From the NCBI GenBank assembly GCA_019323495.1, contig JAHWHE010000027.1, positions 1 to 48,607 on the forward strand: DNA of 48,607 nucleotides. The letters run 5' to 3'. A model generated the notes under the pieces. That model searched no databases, was not told where the DNA came from, and saw nothing but the letters and a program-made list of their open reading frames with translations. Positions within the stretch are counted from its first letter, which is position 1, and each line of letters begins with the position of its first letter. Shown here in pieces: positions 27,851 through 36,110 of this stretch. This DNA is from Candidatus Woesearchaeota archaeon. GTDB lineage: Archaea > Nanobdellota > Nanobdellia > Woesearchaeales > WJKV01. A program made the position numbers and the translations under genes.

Positions 27851-27930
27851 AAAAATCCCCCCGTATTTATAATTAGTTTTGAGAATGAATTAATAAACAT
27901 TGCCATTGCCTTTTAAATAGCAGAATAACC

Positions 27931-27938
27931 TTTAAATA
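27931..27938 (+). promoter_or_regulatory. Archaeal TATA box for the leaderless gene at 27962
   Basis: CCTTTAAATA is centred about 27 nt upstream of ATG 27962. Confidence 0.5.
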
Positions 27939-27961
27939 TTCGCAGAAATAAGAGCACTAAA

Positions 27962-28552
27962 ATGCCATTTACTCACATACTTCATCTCAGAAGAGAAAAA
28001 TACGGCGATGCTTACAAACCACAATCAAGAGTTTATCTTCACCATACTGCTTCTGATGTCACAGTCAAATGGAATGAAGAGGACGAAGATTTTGTTTATG
28101 CGAGAGACGGCGCTTACAGATTTTTTGAGCAGGCAATTTACATGAAAAAATTGTTTGACACATCAAAATTTGCATACATCATAGCAGCTGTCTGGGCAGA
28201 CACCTCTAAAAGAAAAGCTCATATTGACAGAACAACGCATAAGATGATAGATTTCTTTGGCTTTTATGATTTCGACGACAAAGCAAAAGACGATCAATGG
28301 AGAGCACAGAATCCTAGTGTTTTCGCAGCAGTCATTCGGCATACAGAAGGCCGCGGAATAGAGCCTGTCCCTATCGGCTGGAAATGGGACGAAGAAAAGA
28401 AACTTTTTGTTCCGCAGGAAGGAACGCATTGCGAAGACATGAATATAATTCTGGGCAAAGAAGCAGAACACAGACGAAATACATACAGTCTGGATGAATA
28501 TCTCGATAAGGATCCTGACTTGGGAAGAAAGATCCTGCTTCCGAACCAGTAA
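27962..28552 (+). CDS. Hypothetical protein (196 aa)
   Basis: ORF divergent from the mtnA-like operon, with a correctly spaced TATA box. No family recognised. Confidence 0.65.
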   Translation: MPFTHILHLRREKYGDAYKPQSRVYLHHTASDVTVKWNEEDEDFVYARDGAYRFFEQAIYMKKLFDTSKFAYIIAAVWADTSKRKAHIDRTTHKMIDFFGFYDFDDKAKDDQWRAQNPSVFAAVIRHTEGRGIEPVPIGWKWDEEKKLFVPQEGTHCEDMNIILGKEAEHRRNTYSLDEYLDKDPDLGRKILLPNQ

Positions 28553-28624
28553 CCCCCGACAGGTGATTGATTAAGTTTATATAAACAAATTCAATTTCTA
28601 AGCACAACAAGGGGGTGAAATGAA

Positions 28625-28921
28625 ATGAAAAAGGTGATGAGATTATTGTTCTTGCTTGCATTGGCATTAAGCATGCTGCTAGTTACATTAACAGTCGCTA
28701 GTGCATCTTACGAGAATGACGGTTATGGCCATGAGAGCTGGAGGTACGGTTATCCGCCAGAAAGGGCAATCTACGACTACAGCGTGCACAGATACTATGA
28801 CGAGTATCAGCCATACTACTGGGGAAAAGGGCCGGCTTATGCCTACGATTACAGATACGATTATGGTCACAGACATTACAACCGCGATAGGCCAAAATTA
28901 TTATCAGCTTTGTTCTGGTAA
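28625..28921 (+). CDS. Small secreted Tyr/Arg/Asp-rich protein
   Basis: Signal peptide (LLFLLALALSMLLVTLTVASA), then a low-complexity Tyr-rich region (YDYRYDYGHRHY). TTTATATAAA box at 28576-28585 and GGGGGTGA SD at 28611-28618. Confidence 0.65.
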   Translation: MKKVMRLLFLLALALSMLLVTLTVASASYENDGYGHESWRYGYPPERAIYDYSVHRYYDEYQPYYWGKGPAYAYDYRYDYGHRHYNRDRPKLLSALFW

Positions 28922-28928
28922 TTTTTTC

Positions 28929-30071
28929 TTATACTTTTAATTGTTTTCTAAAGACAAATACTAGAAGGCACGTTATCAAGATTATTATTCCGCTGATCAA
29001 GATTGGCCATTGGTACCCGAACTTATAGCCGACAGGGCCATAGATCAGGGCGCCTGCAAAACTTCCGAAGATCATTATCGCTCTCAATGCACCTCCGTCT
29101 CCTCCTATTCTTTTCAAGCTGAACAATTTGCTGACAGCCATGAAGCTAATCAAAAGAACGCCTGCATCTCCTATCTCGTGCACCACCCTGAAGAAAAAGC
29201 TGAAATAAAGATTAGGGTAAGTCATGAAGATGTGTCCAACGCCGCTCAGTATCAACCCAATATACAAAAGTTTCATGTCGCCGAAGCGATGGTCCAATTT
29301 TTTGCCGAAGAAATATGAAAACAATACAAGGAAAACAATCGCAGCTGCAATGTAAATTCCTATTTGCACTTTATCCAGGCCGATTACTGTCTGCAAAAAC
29401 AATGCAAAGCTTGTTTTTTCAGCTCCCCAATGAAGAGAATAGAGAAACATCAAGATGATGAAGATTATCACGGGCTTCTGGAAGAAATCCAGTTCATAGA
29501 ATTTCAAAGCAAACTTGCTCTTTCTTGTTTTTGGAATAAAGAACGCGAAAATTATCAGGATGACGAACATTCCTCCTGCGAATTTCAGCACAGGAGAGAA
29601 ACCGCTTTTCATCAACAGGAAACCTCCTATGAAAATTCCTACTGCGCTTCCCATGTGCGAGAAAGAATTGAAGATTCCAAACCTTGTGCCCCTATGAAAA
29701 TTCTTGACAACCCTGAATGTCACGCTCAGCACAGAAATCTGGACCAGCATGTTTCCAAAACCGCCCACCAAAAACAAGATGACAAACAGCCAGAAATTCT
29801 GCAGATAACCTATTCCGAAACTGAATACAGCCAGCAATAGCAAGCCCATCATAATCAAATGTTTGCTTCCTAGCCTGTCGCTTGCAATGCCGATTGGGAA
29901 TGAGACAAGCAATGCGCTGATTGTAAACAATGAAAGCAAGACACCTGTCTGCCAGCCGTTGAATCCCAGCTGCAGGAAATAGATCGGCAGAAACAGCATT
30001 GTAAACTGCACAAGCAGATTTTTCAGGAACACTAATGAATCCTCTACCTTCAGGCTGTCCTCTTTTTCCAT
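28929..30071 (-). CDS. MFS transporter
   Basis: About 12 hydrophobic segments. I prefer ATG 30071 (MEKEDS) because a minus-strand TTTATATA box is centred about 27 nt upstream. The track start is 30077. Confidence 0.75.
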   Translation of the reverse strand: MEKEDSLKVEDSLVFLKNLLVQFTMLFLPIYFLQLGFNGWQTGVLLSLFTISALLVSFPIGIASDRLGSKHLIMMGLLLLAVFSFGIGYLQNFWLFVILFLVGGFGNMLVQISVLSVTFRVVKNFHRGTRFGIFNSFSHMGSAVGIFIGGFLLMKSGFSPVLKFAGGMFVILIIFAFFIPKTRKSKFALKFYELDFFQKPVIIFIILMFLYSLHWGAEKTSFALFLQTVIGLDKVQIGIYIAAAIVFLVLFSYFFGKKLDHRFGDMKLLYIGLILSGVGHIFMTYPNLYFSFFFRVVHEIGDAGVLLISFMAVSKLFSLKRIGGDGGALRAIMIFGSFAGALIYGPVGYKFGYQWPILISGIIILITCLLVFVFRKQLKV

Positions 30072-30093
30072 GCACATTTCGAAGGACTTTTCA

Positions 30094-30101
30094 TATATAA
30101 A
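30094..30101 (-). promoter_or_regulatory. Archaeal TATA box for the leaderless MFS gene
   Basis: The minus strand reads TTTATATA, centred about 27 nt upstream of ATG 30071. Confidence 0.5.
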
Positions 30102-30114
30102 TACATCCCAAAGC

Positions 30115-30122
30115 TTTATAAA
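30115..30122 (+). promoter_or_regulatory. Archaeal TATA box for the leaderless four-subunit OFOR operon
   Basis: AAGCTTTATAAA is centred about 27 nt upstream of ATG 30146. Confidence 0.55.
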
Positions 30123-30145
30123 TGGATGGTTGAAATAAATATAGA

Positions 30146-30364
30146 ATGAAGAAAGTAGGTCCGCTTGAATGGAACGAGAAATTATGCAAGTTCTGCAATC
30201 TTTGCATTCAGATGTGCCCTAAGAATGGCTTGAAATTCGAAGGCAAGGAATTAGTACAGACTGCAGAATGTATCAAGTGCGGGATCTGCTGCAAATACTG
30301 TCCTGAGATGGGATTGAATTTAGAAAAATCTGAAAATCGAAAAGAGATAAAATCCAAGAAATAA
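30146..30364 (+). CDS. 2-oxoacid:ferredoxin oxidoreductase delta subunit (2x[4Fe-4S] ferredoxin)
   Basis: Two CxxCxxCxxxCP motifs (CKFCNLCIQMCP, CIKCGICCKYCP). It is the first gene of a delta-alpha-beta-gamma cluster. Confidence 0.85.
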   Translation: MKKVGPLEWNEKLCKFCNLCIQMCPKNGLKFEGKELVQTAECIKCGICCKYCPEMGLNLEKSENRKEIKSKK

Positions 30365-30365
30365 G

Positions 30366-31391
30366 ATGGCTAAACAATTACTGCAGGGAAATGAAGCAAT
30401 CTGCCTTGGCGGATTGAAGGCAGGAATGAAATTCTTTGCAGGCTATCCAATAACTCCTGCTTCAGAGATCATGCATTTTCTTTCAAAACAAAAAGACTTC
30501 AATTTTGTTCATGCAGAAGATGAGATTGCAGCGATAAACATGATAATCGGTGCGAGTCTTGGTGGAGCAAAATCAATGACAGCTACGTCGGGTCCTGGAT
30601 TCTCGCTAAAACAAGAAGGGATAGGATTGGCGCACATGATGGAAGTTCCTGTTGTTGTTGTTGACTGCCAGAGAGTGGGCCCTAGCACAGGAATGCCGAC
30701 TTTGGGTGCGCAGGGTGACGTCCTGCAGGCAGCGCATGGAAGCCATGGAGATATTTTTCCGATTGTTTTCTGTCCGAACAGTGTTGAAGAATGTTACAAA
30801 TACACAATAGAAGCTTTCAATGCAGCAGAACAGTCAAGGTCTCCTGTCATTCTTATCACAGACACTTCTGTTTCCCATATCTATGAAACAGTCGACATTG
30901 AAGAGATAGATAAGAAAATAAAGATACAGCCAAGAACACTAGAGCCTTTCGGCACAGGAACGAGGCATTTCACAGGCTTGGCGCACGACGGAGACCAGCC
31001 AAAGACAAAGGACGCTGAGAATTACAGAAGATGGATACAGGGGACGAAAAAGAAGCAGCTGAAAGTTGCGAAAGACTATACGTTCTATGAATATTTCGGG
31101 AAAAAAGATTCAAGAACATTATTGATCGCGTACGGTATAACAAGCAGGGTCATCAGCCCGCTTAAAGATGCGTATGCTATTTTCAGGCCGATAAGGATGT
31201 TCCCTATATTAGACGAGCTAAAGATTATCGCAAAGGACTACAAGAACATCGTTGTGGTAGAGCAGAATGAGGGACAGTACATGCACGAAGTAGAAGCTCT
31301 CCTCAAAAAAGATGTCAAAGGAATTTTCATCCACGGAGGATCCGTAAGTCTTTCAGAAGTTAAAGAAAAGCTGGAAATACTTGGTTTGTAA
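30366..31391 (+). CDS. 2-oxoacid:ferredoxin oxidoreductase alpha subunit
   Basis: GNEAI..G....G..FFAGYPITPASEI, AEDEIAAINM..GAS..GAK.MTATSGPGFSL, and QR.GPSTG.PT motifs. Confidence 0.9.
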   Translation: MAKQLLQGNEAICLGGLKAGMKFFAGYPITPASEIMHFLSKQKDFNFVHAEDEIAAINMIIGASLGGAKSMTATSGPGFSLKQEGIGLAHMMEVPVVVVDCQRVGPSTGMPTLGAQGDVLQAAHGSHGDIFPIVFCPNSVEECYKYTIEAFNAAEQSRSPVILITDTSVSHIYETVDIEEIDKKIKIQPRTLEPFGTGTRHFTGLAHDGDQPKTKDAENYRRWIQGTKKKQLKVAKDYTFYEYFGKKDSRTLLIAYGITSRVISPLKDAYAIFRPIRMFPILDELKIIAKDYKNIVVVEQNEGQYMHEVEALLKKDVKGIFIHGGSVSLSEVKEKLEILGL

Positions 31392-31392
31392 A

Positions 31393-32127
31393 ATGAAAGA
31401 CATGAAATACTTCAAGCAGGAATTGTTTCCGACCATCTGGTGCCCAGGATGCGGCATTGGCTTGGCAATGAAGGAGACAGCGAATGCGTTTGAAGAATTA
31501 GGATTGAAAAACAACCAGATCAGTGTAGTCAGTGGAATAGGCTGCAGCGGAAGAGCAGCAGGATATTTCAAGGCAGACTCCATACACGGCTGCCATGGAA
31601 GAGCGATTCCTGTTGCAGAAGGGCTGAAAAGAGCGAATCCAGAATTAAACGTAATTGTTTTCAGCGGCGACGGCGACATTGTCGGAATAGGAGGAAATCA
31701 TCTGATCCACAGTCCTAGAAGAGATACTGACATCACAGTAATATGCATCAACAATCAGACTTATGGCTTGACAGGCGGACAGCTCGCACCCACGTCAAGC
31801 AAAGGCGCGATAACGATGACAAGTCCGTACGGAAGCAATTATTATCCAATCAATATACAAGGTCTCATACTTGCCAACAAGAGATTTTTCTATGCAAGAA
31901 CAACTGCATTCCACATAGACCACATGAGAAAATGCATCAAGGAAGCTCTGCAGTTCAAAGGCTTCTCATTCGTAGAGGTAATCACTAACTGCGTCGAGAC
32001 ATACGGAAAAAGACAGGGCTATACAGACGCTTACCAGATGTTGATGGAATACAAGAATAAGTACAAGATTGTCAGCGGAAAAGACAGATTAGAAGACAAT
32101 GAGATAGGCATTGTTAAAAAAGAATAA
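31393..32127 (+). CDS. 2-oxoacid:ferredoxin oxidoreductase beta subunit (TPP-binding)
   Basis: WCPGCGIG, SGIGCSGR, GDGD..GIGGNH, NNQTYGLTGGQ. ATG 31393 follows the alpha stop by 1 nt. The track start at 31381 is TTG. Confidence 0.9.
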   Translation: MKDMKYFKQELFPTIWCPGCGIGLAMKETANAFEELGLKNNQISVVSGIGCSGRAAGYFKADSIHGCHGRAIPVAEGLKRANPELNVIVFSGDGDIVGIGGNHLIHSPRRDTDITVICINNQTYGLTGGQLAPTSSKGAITMTSPYGSNYYPINIQGLILANKRFFYARTTAFHIDHMRKCIKEALQFKGFSFVEVITNCVETYGKRQGYTDAYQMLMEYKNKYKIVSGKDRLEDNEIGIVKKE

Positions 32128-32172
32128 TGAAATTAAAAAATAATAAATAAAATATTAAAAATTAAAACAAAA

Positions 32173-32691
32173 ATGAAAAAAATAATAATGAGCGGGGCAG
32201 GAGGACAGGGCATCAAGGTGATGGCAATCACTCTAGGCAAGATTCTTGCTCAATTAGGATATAATGTGAGCACAGACATTCAATATGATGCTGCAATAAG
32301 AGGCGGGAAGATCTCAGCGTTCCTTACTTTCTCAAAAGAAAAAATAGGCAATCCCATTATAGAGAACCCTGACATTTTTTTGAAACTGCATAAGGAAGGG
32401 GATCACTTTGTCGCGCAAAAAATAATCTGCGATGAACGGATGTGCCTCCACGGCCCAGAATGCAATAAATGCAAGGAATGCGGAGGAGAACAGCTGCCTT
32501 TTGAAGAGCTTGCAGAAAAGAAATTCAATTCAAAGATAGCGATGAACATGATTGCGCTCGGCCGTCTGATGAAATTGCTAGAGATAGACATAAGCGAAGT
32601 GGATTTAAACAAGGCTCTGCCAGGAAAGTTTGCAGAGCAGAACAAGCAGGCGATTGAATATGGTTATTCCAACTTTATTGACAGAAGTTAG
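32173..32691 (+). CDS. 2-oxoacid:ferredoxin oxidoreductase gamma subunit
   Basis: GAGGQGIKVMA..LG..L...G..V....YDAAIRGG signature. It contains an unusual Cys cluster, CLHGPECNKCKEC. Confidence 0.8.
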   Translation: MKKIIMSGAGGQGIKVMAITLGKILAQLGYNVSTDIQYDAAIRGGKISAFLTFSKEKIGNPIIENPDIFLKLHKEGDHFVAQKIICDERMCLHGPECNKCKECGGEQLPFEELAEKKFNSKIAMNMIALGRLMKLLEIDISEVDLNKALPGKFAEQNKQAIEYGYSNFIDRS

Positions 32692-32692
32692 A

Positions 32693-32700
32693 TTTATATA
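32693..32700 (+). promoter_or_regulatory. Archaeal TATA box for the leaderless TVP38 gene
   Basis: GATTTATATA is centred about 28 nt upstream of ATG 32725 and abuts the gamma-subunit stop codon. Confidence 0.5.
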
Positions 32701-32724
32701 CTTGAAATTCATGAGTGATATTAT

Positions 32725-33450
32725 ATGAATGGCAAAAAAGGGATGTTCACAAAAGCGTCAATCATAAAGCTGATTTTTTTCTTAATCTTCATTGCGTTCT
32801 GTTTTTATTTTGCATTCGCAAGCGGTTTTGCAAAACACTTTTTGACAAAGCAGGGAATAAACACTTTTGTTTCTACTTACGGTGCAATGGCCCCGTTGGC
32901 TTTTATCGGACTGTACATAGTGGGAATCTGCCTTTTCATCCCTAGCCCCATCTTCACAGGAATCGGCGGATACTTGTTCGGCACGTTCCAGGGCACGTTG
33001 TATAACATGTGCGGCCTTGTTATCGGTTCATCCATATCTTTTTTTGTAGGAAGGCATCTTGGCAGAGATTTCGCAAGCCCTTTGATAGAAAAATGGCTGC
33101 ACAAGTATGACAAATTGCTGGAAAAGCACGGTTTCGTAACTGTTTTTTATCTCCGCCTGTTCAATTTTCCTGTGATAGGATTGAACTATTGCGCAGGCCT
33201 GACAAGAATAAGTTTCAAGGATTTTTTCCTCGGCACTGCGATAGGCATTATACCTGGAACATTTGTCTTGACGTTTTTCATCAGCCAAGTTTCACAGATA
33301 AGAGTATTTTCAGACATATTTAAGGGAAAGGTCCTGCTTTCAACTATTCTGCTCATCTTGTCGATTTTAATCCCTATAATCATGAAAAAAGTGAAAAAGT
33401 ATATAAAAATAAACAGTACTAAGGTTGAATTAGAAGCAGAAGAACAATAA
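32725..33450 (+). CDS. TVP38/TMEM64 (DedA-related, SNARE-associated) membrane protein
   Basis: GGYLFGTFQGTLYNMCGLVIGSSISFFVGRHLGRDF signature and multiple TM segments. Confidence 0.8.
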   Translation: MNGKKGMFTKASIIKLIFFLIFIAFCFYFAFASGFAKHFLTKQGINTFVSTYGAMAPLAFIGLYIVGICLFIPSPIFTGIGGYLFGTFQGTLYNMCGLVIGSSISFFVGRHLGRDFASPLIEKWLHKYDKLLEKHGFVTVFYLRLFNFPVIGLNYCAGLTRISFKDFFLGTAIGIIPGTFVLTFFISQVSQIRVFSDIFKGKVLLSTILLILSILIPIIMKKVKKYIKINSTKVELEAEEQ

Positions 33451-33466
33451 AATAAAAGAGGTTGCG

Positions 33467-34381
33467 ATGGCTATTGTAACTACAAAGAGGATATTGAAAG
33501 ATGCACAAAGATCTGGTTACGCAGTAGGCCATTTCAATACTAGCAATCTTGAGATTACAAAAGCAATTATCGAAGCGGCTTCTGAGATGAATTCTCCTGT
33601 AATACTCGCAACAAGCAAGGGTGCGATAAATTATGCAGGAATGCAGCAGATATCAAATATTGTAAGAACTTTTGCCAATAATGCAAAAATTCCTGTTGCT
33701 TTGCATCTCGATCACAGTCCTGACCTGAAGCTTGTAAAGCAATGCATCGCAAACAATTGGACGAGCGTGATGATAGATGCGTCACATTATTCTTTTGCAA
33801 AGAACATTGAACTGACAAAAAAGGTTGTCCTCTTTGCCCGCAAATCAGGAGTGCCTGTTGAAGCAGAACTGGGACAGCTTAAAGGAAAAGAAGGCTGGGT
33901 AAAAGGAAAAAAGATTTTCACAGACCCTGAGCAGGCAAAAGTATTTGTTGAAAAAACAGATTGCGACAGCCTTGCAGTCAGCATAGGCACGAGCCACGGC
34001 GCCTACAAGTTCAAAGGAACCCCCAAGTTAGACATAAATAGACTGAAAGAGATAAATAATTTTGTAAAAATCCCTCTTGTGCTGCATGGAGCATCGTCTG
34101 TGCCGCAGATACTAGTAAGAAAAGCAAACAAGTACGGAGCAAAATTGAAAGGCGTACAGGGTGTGCCTGACAGCCAGACCAGGCAGGCAATAAAAAACGG
34201 AATCTGCAAAGTGAACACAGACACAGACATAAGGATTGCATTCGATCTAGGAATAAGAAAGCATCTGAGGCAGAACCCTGGAGATATTGATTATAGGGAG
34301 ATACTTGGCAGCGCAATGAAAGAAGTCAAAACCTTGGTTAAAAACAAGATTGAGCTTTTTGGTAGCGAAAATGCAGGCTAA
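33467..34381 (+). CDS. fba: Class II fructose/ketose-bisphosphate aldolase
   Basis: GYAVGHFN, PVALHLDH, SVMIDASH, VEAELG, SIGTSHGAYKF, LVLHGASS and KVNTDTD motifs. AGAGGT SD lies before the ATG. Confidence 0.92.
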   Translation: MAIVTTKRILKDAQRSGYAVGHFNTSNLEITKAIIEAASEMNSPVILATSKGAINYAGMQQISNIVRTFANNAKIPVALHLDHSPDLKLVKQCIANNWTSVMIDASHYSFAKNIELTKKVVLFARKSGVPVEAELGQLKGKEGWVKGKKIFTDPEQAKVFVEKTDCDSLAVSIGTSHGAYKFKGTPKLDINRLKEINNFVKIPLVLHGASSVPQILVRKANKYGAKLKGVQGVPDSQTRQAIKNGICKVNTDTDIRIAFDLGIRKHLRQNPGDIDYREILGSAMKEVKTLVKNKIELFGSENAG

Positions 34382-34835
34382 AATTTACAAACAATTTATT
34401 TTCATTCTCTTGATCTTTCTAATTACATCTTTTGCTCTGGCCGGCTGTGAAAAAAAAGAAAAAGAATCTGTCGGAGAGAAGATCGTGCAGGATGTTGTGA
34501 AGAGCGTTGTCCAGATAAAGAAAGAATATGACAATAACAAGAACAACAAAACAGATACAGCAGAACCGGAAAAAACCGTAATTGTAGAAGAACCAAAAGA
34601 TTCTGTCTCAAAGATAATGCTGCAGAGGCTTGAGAAGATGTATGATCTTATAGACGATCCTTTGTCAGGCAATTACATGAAAGAGCATTTCCCTGACCTT
34701 GAGCTGATATATTCAAACGAGAACAAAACAATGCAGTATTTTTACAGCGAACTGGTCAACAGCACCTTCAAATTGTGGTCAAGGCACAACAAGGTTATTT
34801 CAATTAAAGAAGGAAAACGGATAGATTTTGACTAG
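34371..34835 (+). CDS. Hypothetical lipoprotein
   Basis: Signal peptide with lipobox LAGC. ATG 34371 overlaps the fba 3' end by 11 nt. The track start at 34350 is TTG. Confidence 0.6.
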   Translation: MQAKIYKQFIFILLIFLITSFALAGCEKKEKESVGEKIVQDVVKSVVQIKKEYDNNKNNKTDTAEPEKTVIVEEPKDSVSKIMLQRLEKMYDLIDDPLSGNYMKEHFPDLELIYSNENKTMQYFYSELVNSTFKLWSRHNKVISIKEGKRIDFD

Positions 34836-34837
34836 AT

Positions 34838-36109
34838 TCATTCATCTCTCTGCATTTCTGCCTTCTGTTTGATGAGCAGATAGTCAAAATCAAACTCGGG
34901 GTCAAGAATTTTCTTTTTAATGCTGGAAATATCTATTCTTTTTTCGACCAATTCCCTGACAGCAGATGCGCATCTTCTTTCTCCGAAGAAGCTTGCGCCA
35001 ATGATCCTGTTATTTTTCAGGATAAAAAGCCTATGATCGTCTGTTTTCTTGCAGTTGGAATGAAGAACCTCATAATCTTTCTTTTGTTTTATCTTCGGCG
35101 AAAGCTCCCCGACGCAAGTGTAAGGCGTGTCCAGTATAGATGTGCTGTGGTATCTTACTGCAGGATAGTATTTGGCGTCCTCTCCTATCATGTTTAATGC
35201 AGCCACTTCGCCCATTCTTGCGCTGTCATACCAGCTCTGTCTCAACAAGTGTTCGCCGCTCTCTGGGTCATTGATCTCAGCGACATCGCCTGCTGCAAAA
35301 ATATTGCTGTCGCTTGTCCTGAGATTATTGTCAACAACAACGCCTTTGTTAGTATTTATTCCACTTCCTGCCATGAAGTCTGTGTTCGGAAGAGTTCCTG
35401 TGCAGAATATCACCAGATTGGTTTTAATGATCTTGCCTTTTGTTGTCCTGACTTCACTTACATGCCCTTCCTTGCCCCTCAGTTCCTTTGCAGTTTCTTT
35501 CAGCCTTACTTCAATTCTTCTTTTTCCTAATTCATCCAAGACCCTGAGAGCAGTACAAGGATCCAATAATCCTGTGCCTAATCTTGCTTCTGTTTCAAGA
35601 AGAATAACTTTATTGTTTTTCTTTGTAAGTGCGTCGGCAAGTTCGATGCCAAGGATGCCTCCTCCGATTATCGCAACATACCTGCTGTGCTTTGCCAGCT
35701 CTATTATGTCAAGGACGTCTTCATAAGTCCTGCAGGTCTTGACGCCTCTTAATTCTGCACCCTCAATGTCAGGGATGGCAGGAACAGCGCCTGTAGCAAT
35801 CAATAATTTATCATATTTTATTATATTGTCCTTGTCGATTATGACTTGTTTTGTTTCAGGGACTATTTTTTGGACATTTATTCCGTCCAGAACATCTATG
35901 GTTTTCAGGTTGAAAAATTTCAGAGGCCTCGCCATCATCTGTTCTTCTCCCAGTTCTCCTTTCAAGAATTCAAGAAGGCCGCTCCTGAAATAAAACGCTC
36001 TGCCCTCTCCATTTATCAAGGTGATCTTATTCCTCTTGTCATGCTCCCTGATTGTTTCTGCAGCAGTCACGCCTGCGTTTCCGCTTCCGATTATAACATA
36101 GTGCGTCAT
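34838..36109 (-). CDS. FAD-dependent pyridine nucleotide-disulfide oxidoreductase family protein
   Basis: HYVIIGSGNAGVTAAE (FAD GxGxxG), VAIIGGGILGIELA (NAD GxGxxG) and FAAGDVAE motifs. There is no N-terminal redox Cys, so it resembles ferredoxin/rubredoxin-reductase or NirB-N types. Confidence 0.8.
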   Translation of the reverse strand: MTHYVIIGSGNAGVTAAETIREHDKRNKITLINGEGRAFYFRSGLLEFLKGELGEEQMMARPLKFFNLKTIDVLDGINVQKIVPETKQVIIDKDNIIKYDKLLIATGAVPAIPDIEGAELRGVKTCRTYEDVLDIIELAKHSRYVAIIGGGILGIELADALTKKNNKVILLETEARLGTGLLDPCTALRVLDELGKRRIEVRLKETAKELRGKEGHVSEVRTTKGKIIKTNLVIFCTGTLPNTDFMAGSGINTNKGVVVDNNLRTSDSNIFAAGDVAEINDPESGEHLLRQSWYDSARMGEVAALNMIGEDAKYYPAVRYHSTSILDTPYTCVGELSPKIKQKKDYEVLHSNCKKTDDHRLFILKNNRIIGASFFGERRCASAVRELVEKRIDISSIKKKILDPEFDFDYLLIKQKAEMQRDE

Positions 36110-36110
36110 T

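Noticed and set aside
24718-28552. Possible compositional (GC) island marking horizontal transfer of the mtnA-like locus.
   Set aside because: Hand counts of 60-nt lines gave about 43-48% GC here, against about 32-47% in other coding lines of the window. That is not clearly distinct. A sliding-window GC and codon-usage calculation is needed before any such claim.
33467-34381. Class II (bacterial-type) FBP aldolase in an archaeon as a possible novelty.
   Set aside because: From my recollection, bacterial-type class II aldolases occur in small-genome archaea. I saw nothing unusual in the motifs, so it is reported only as a feature.
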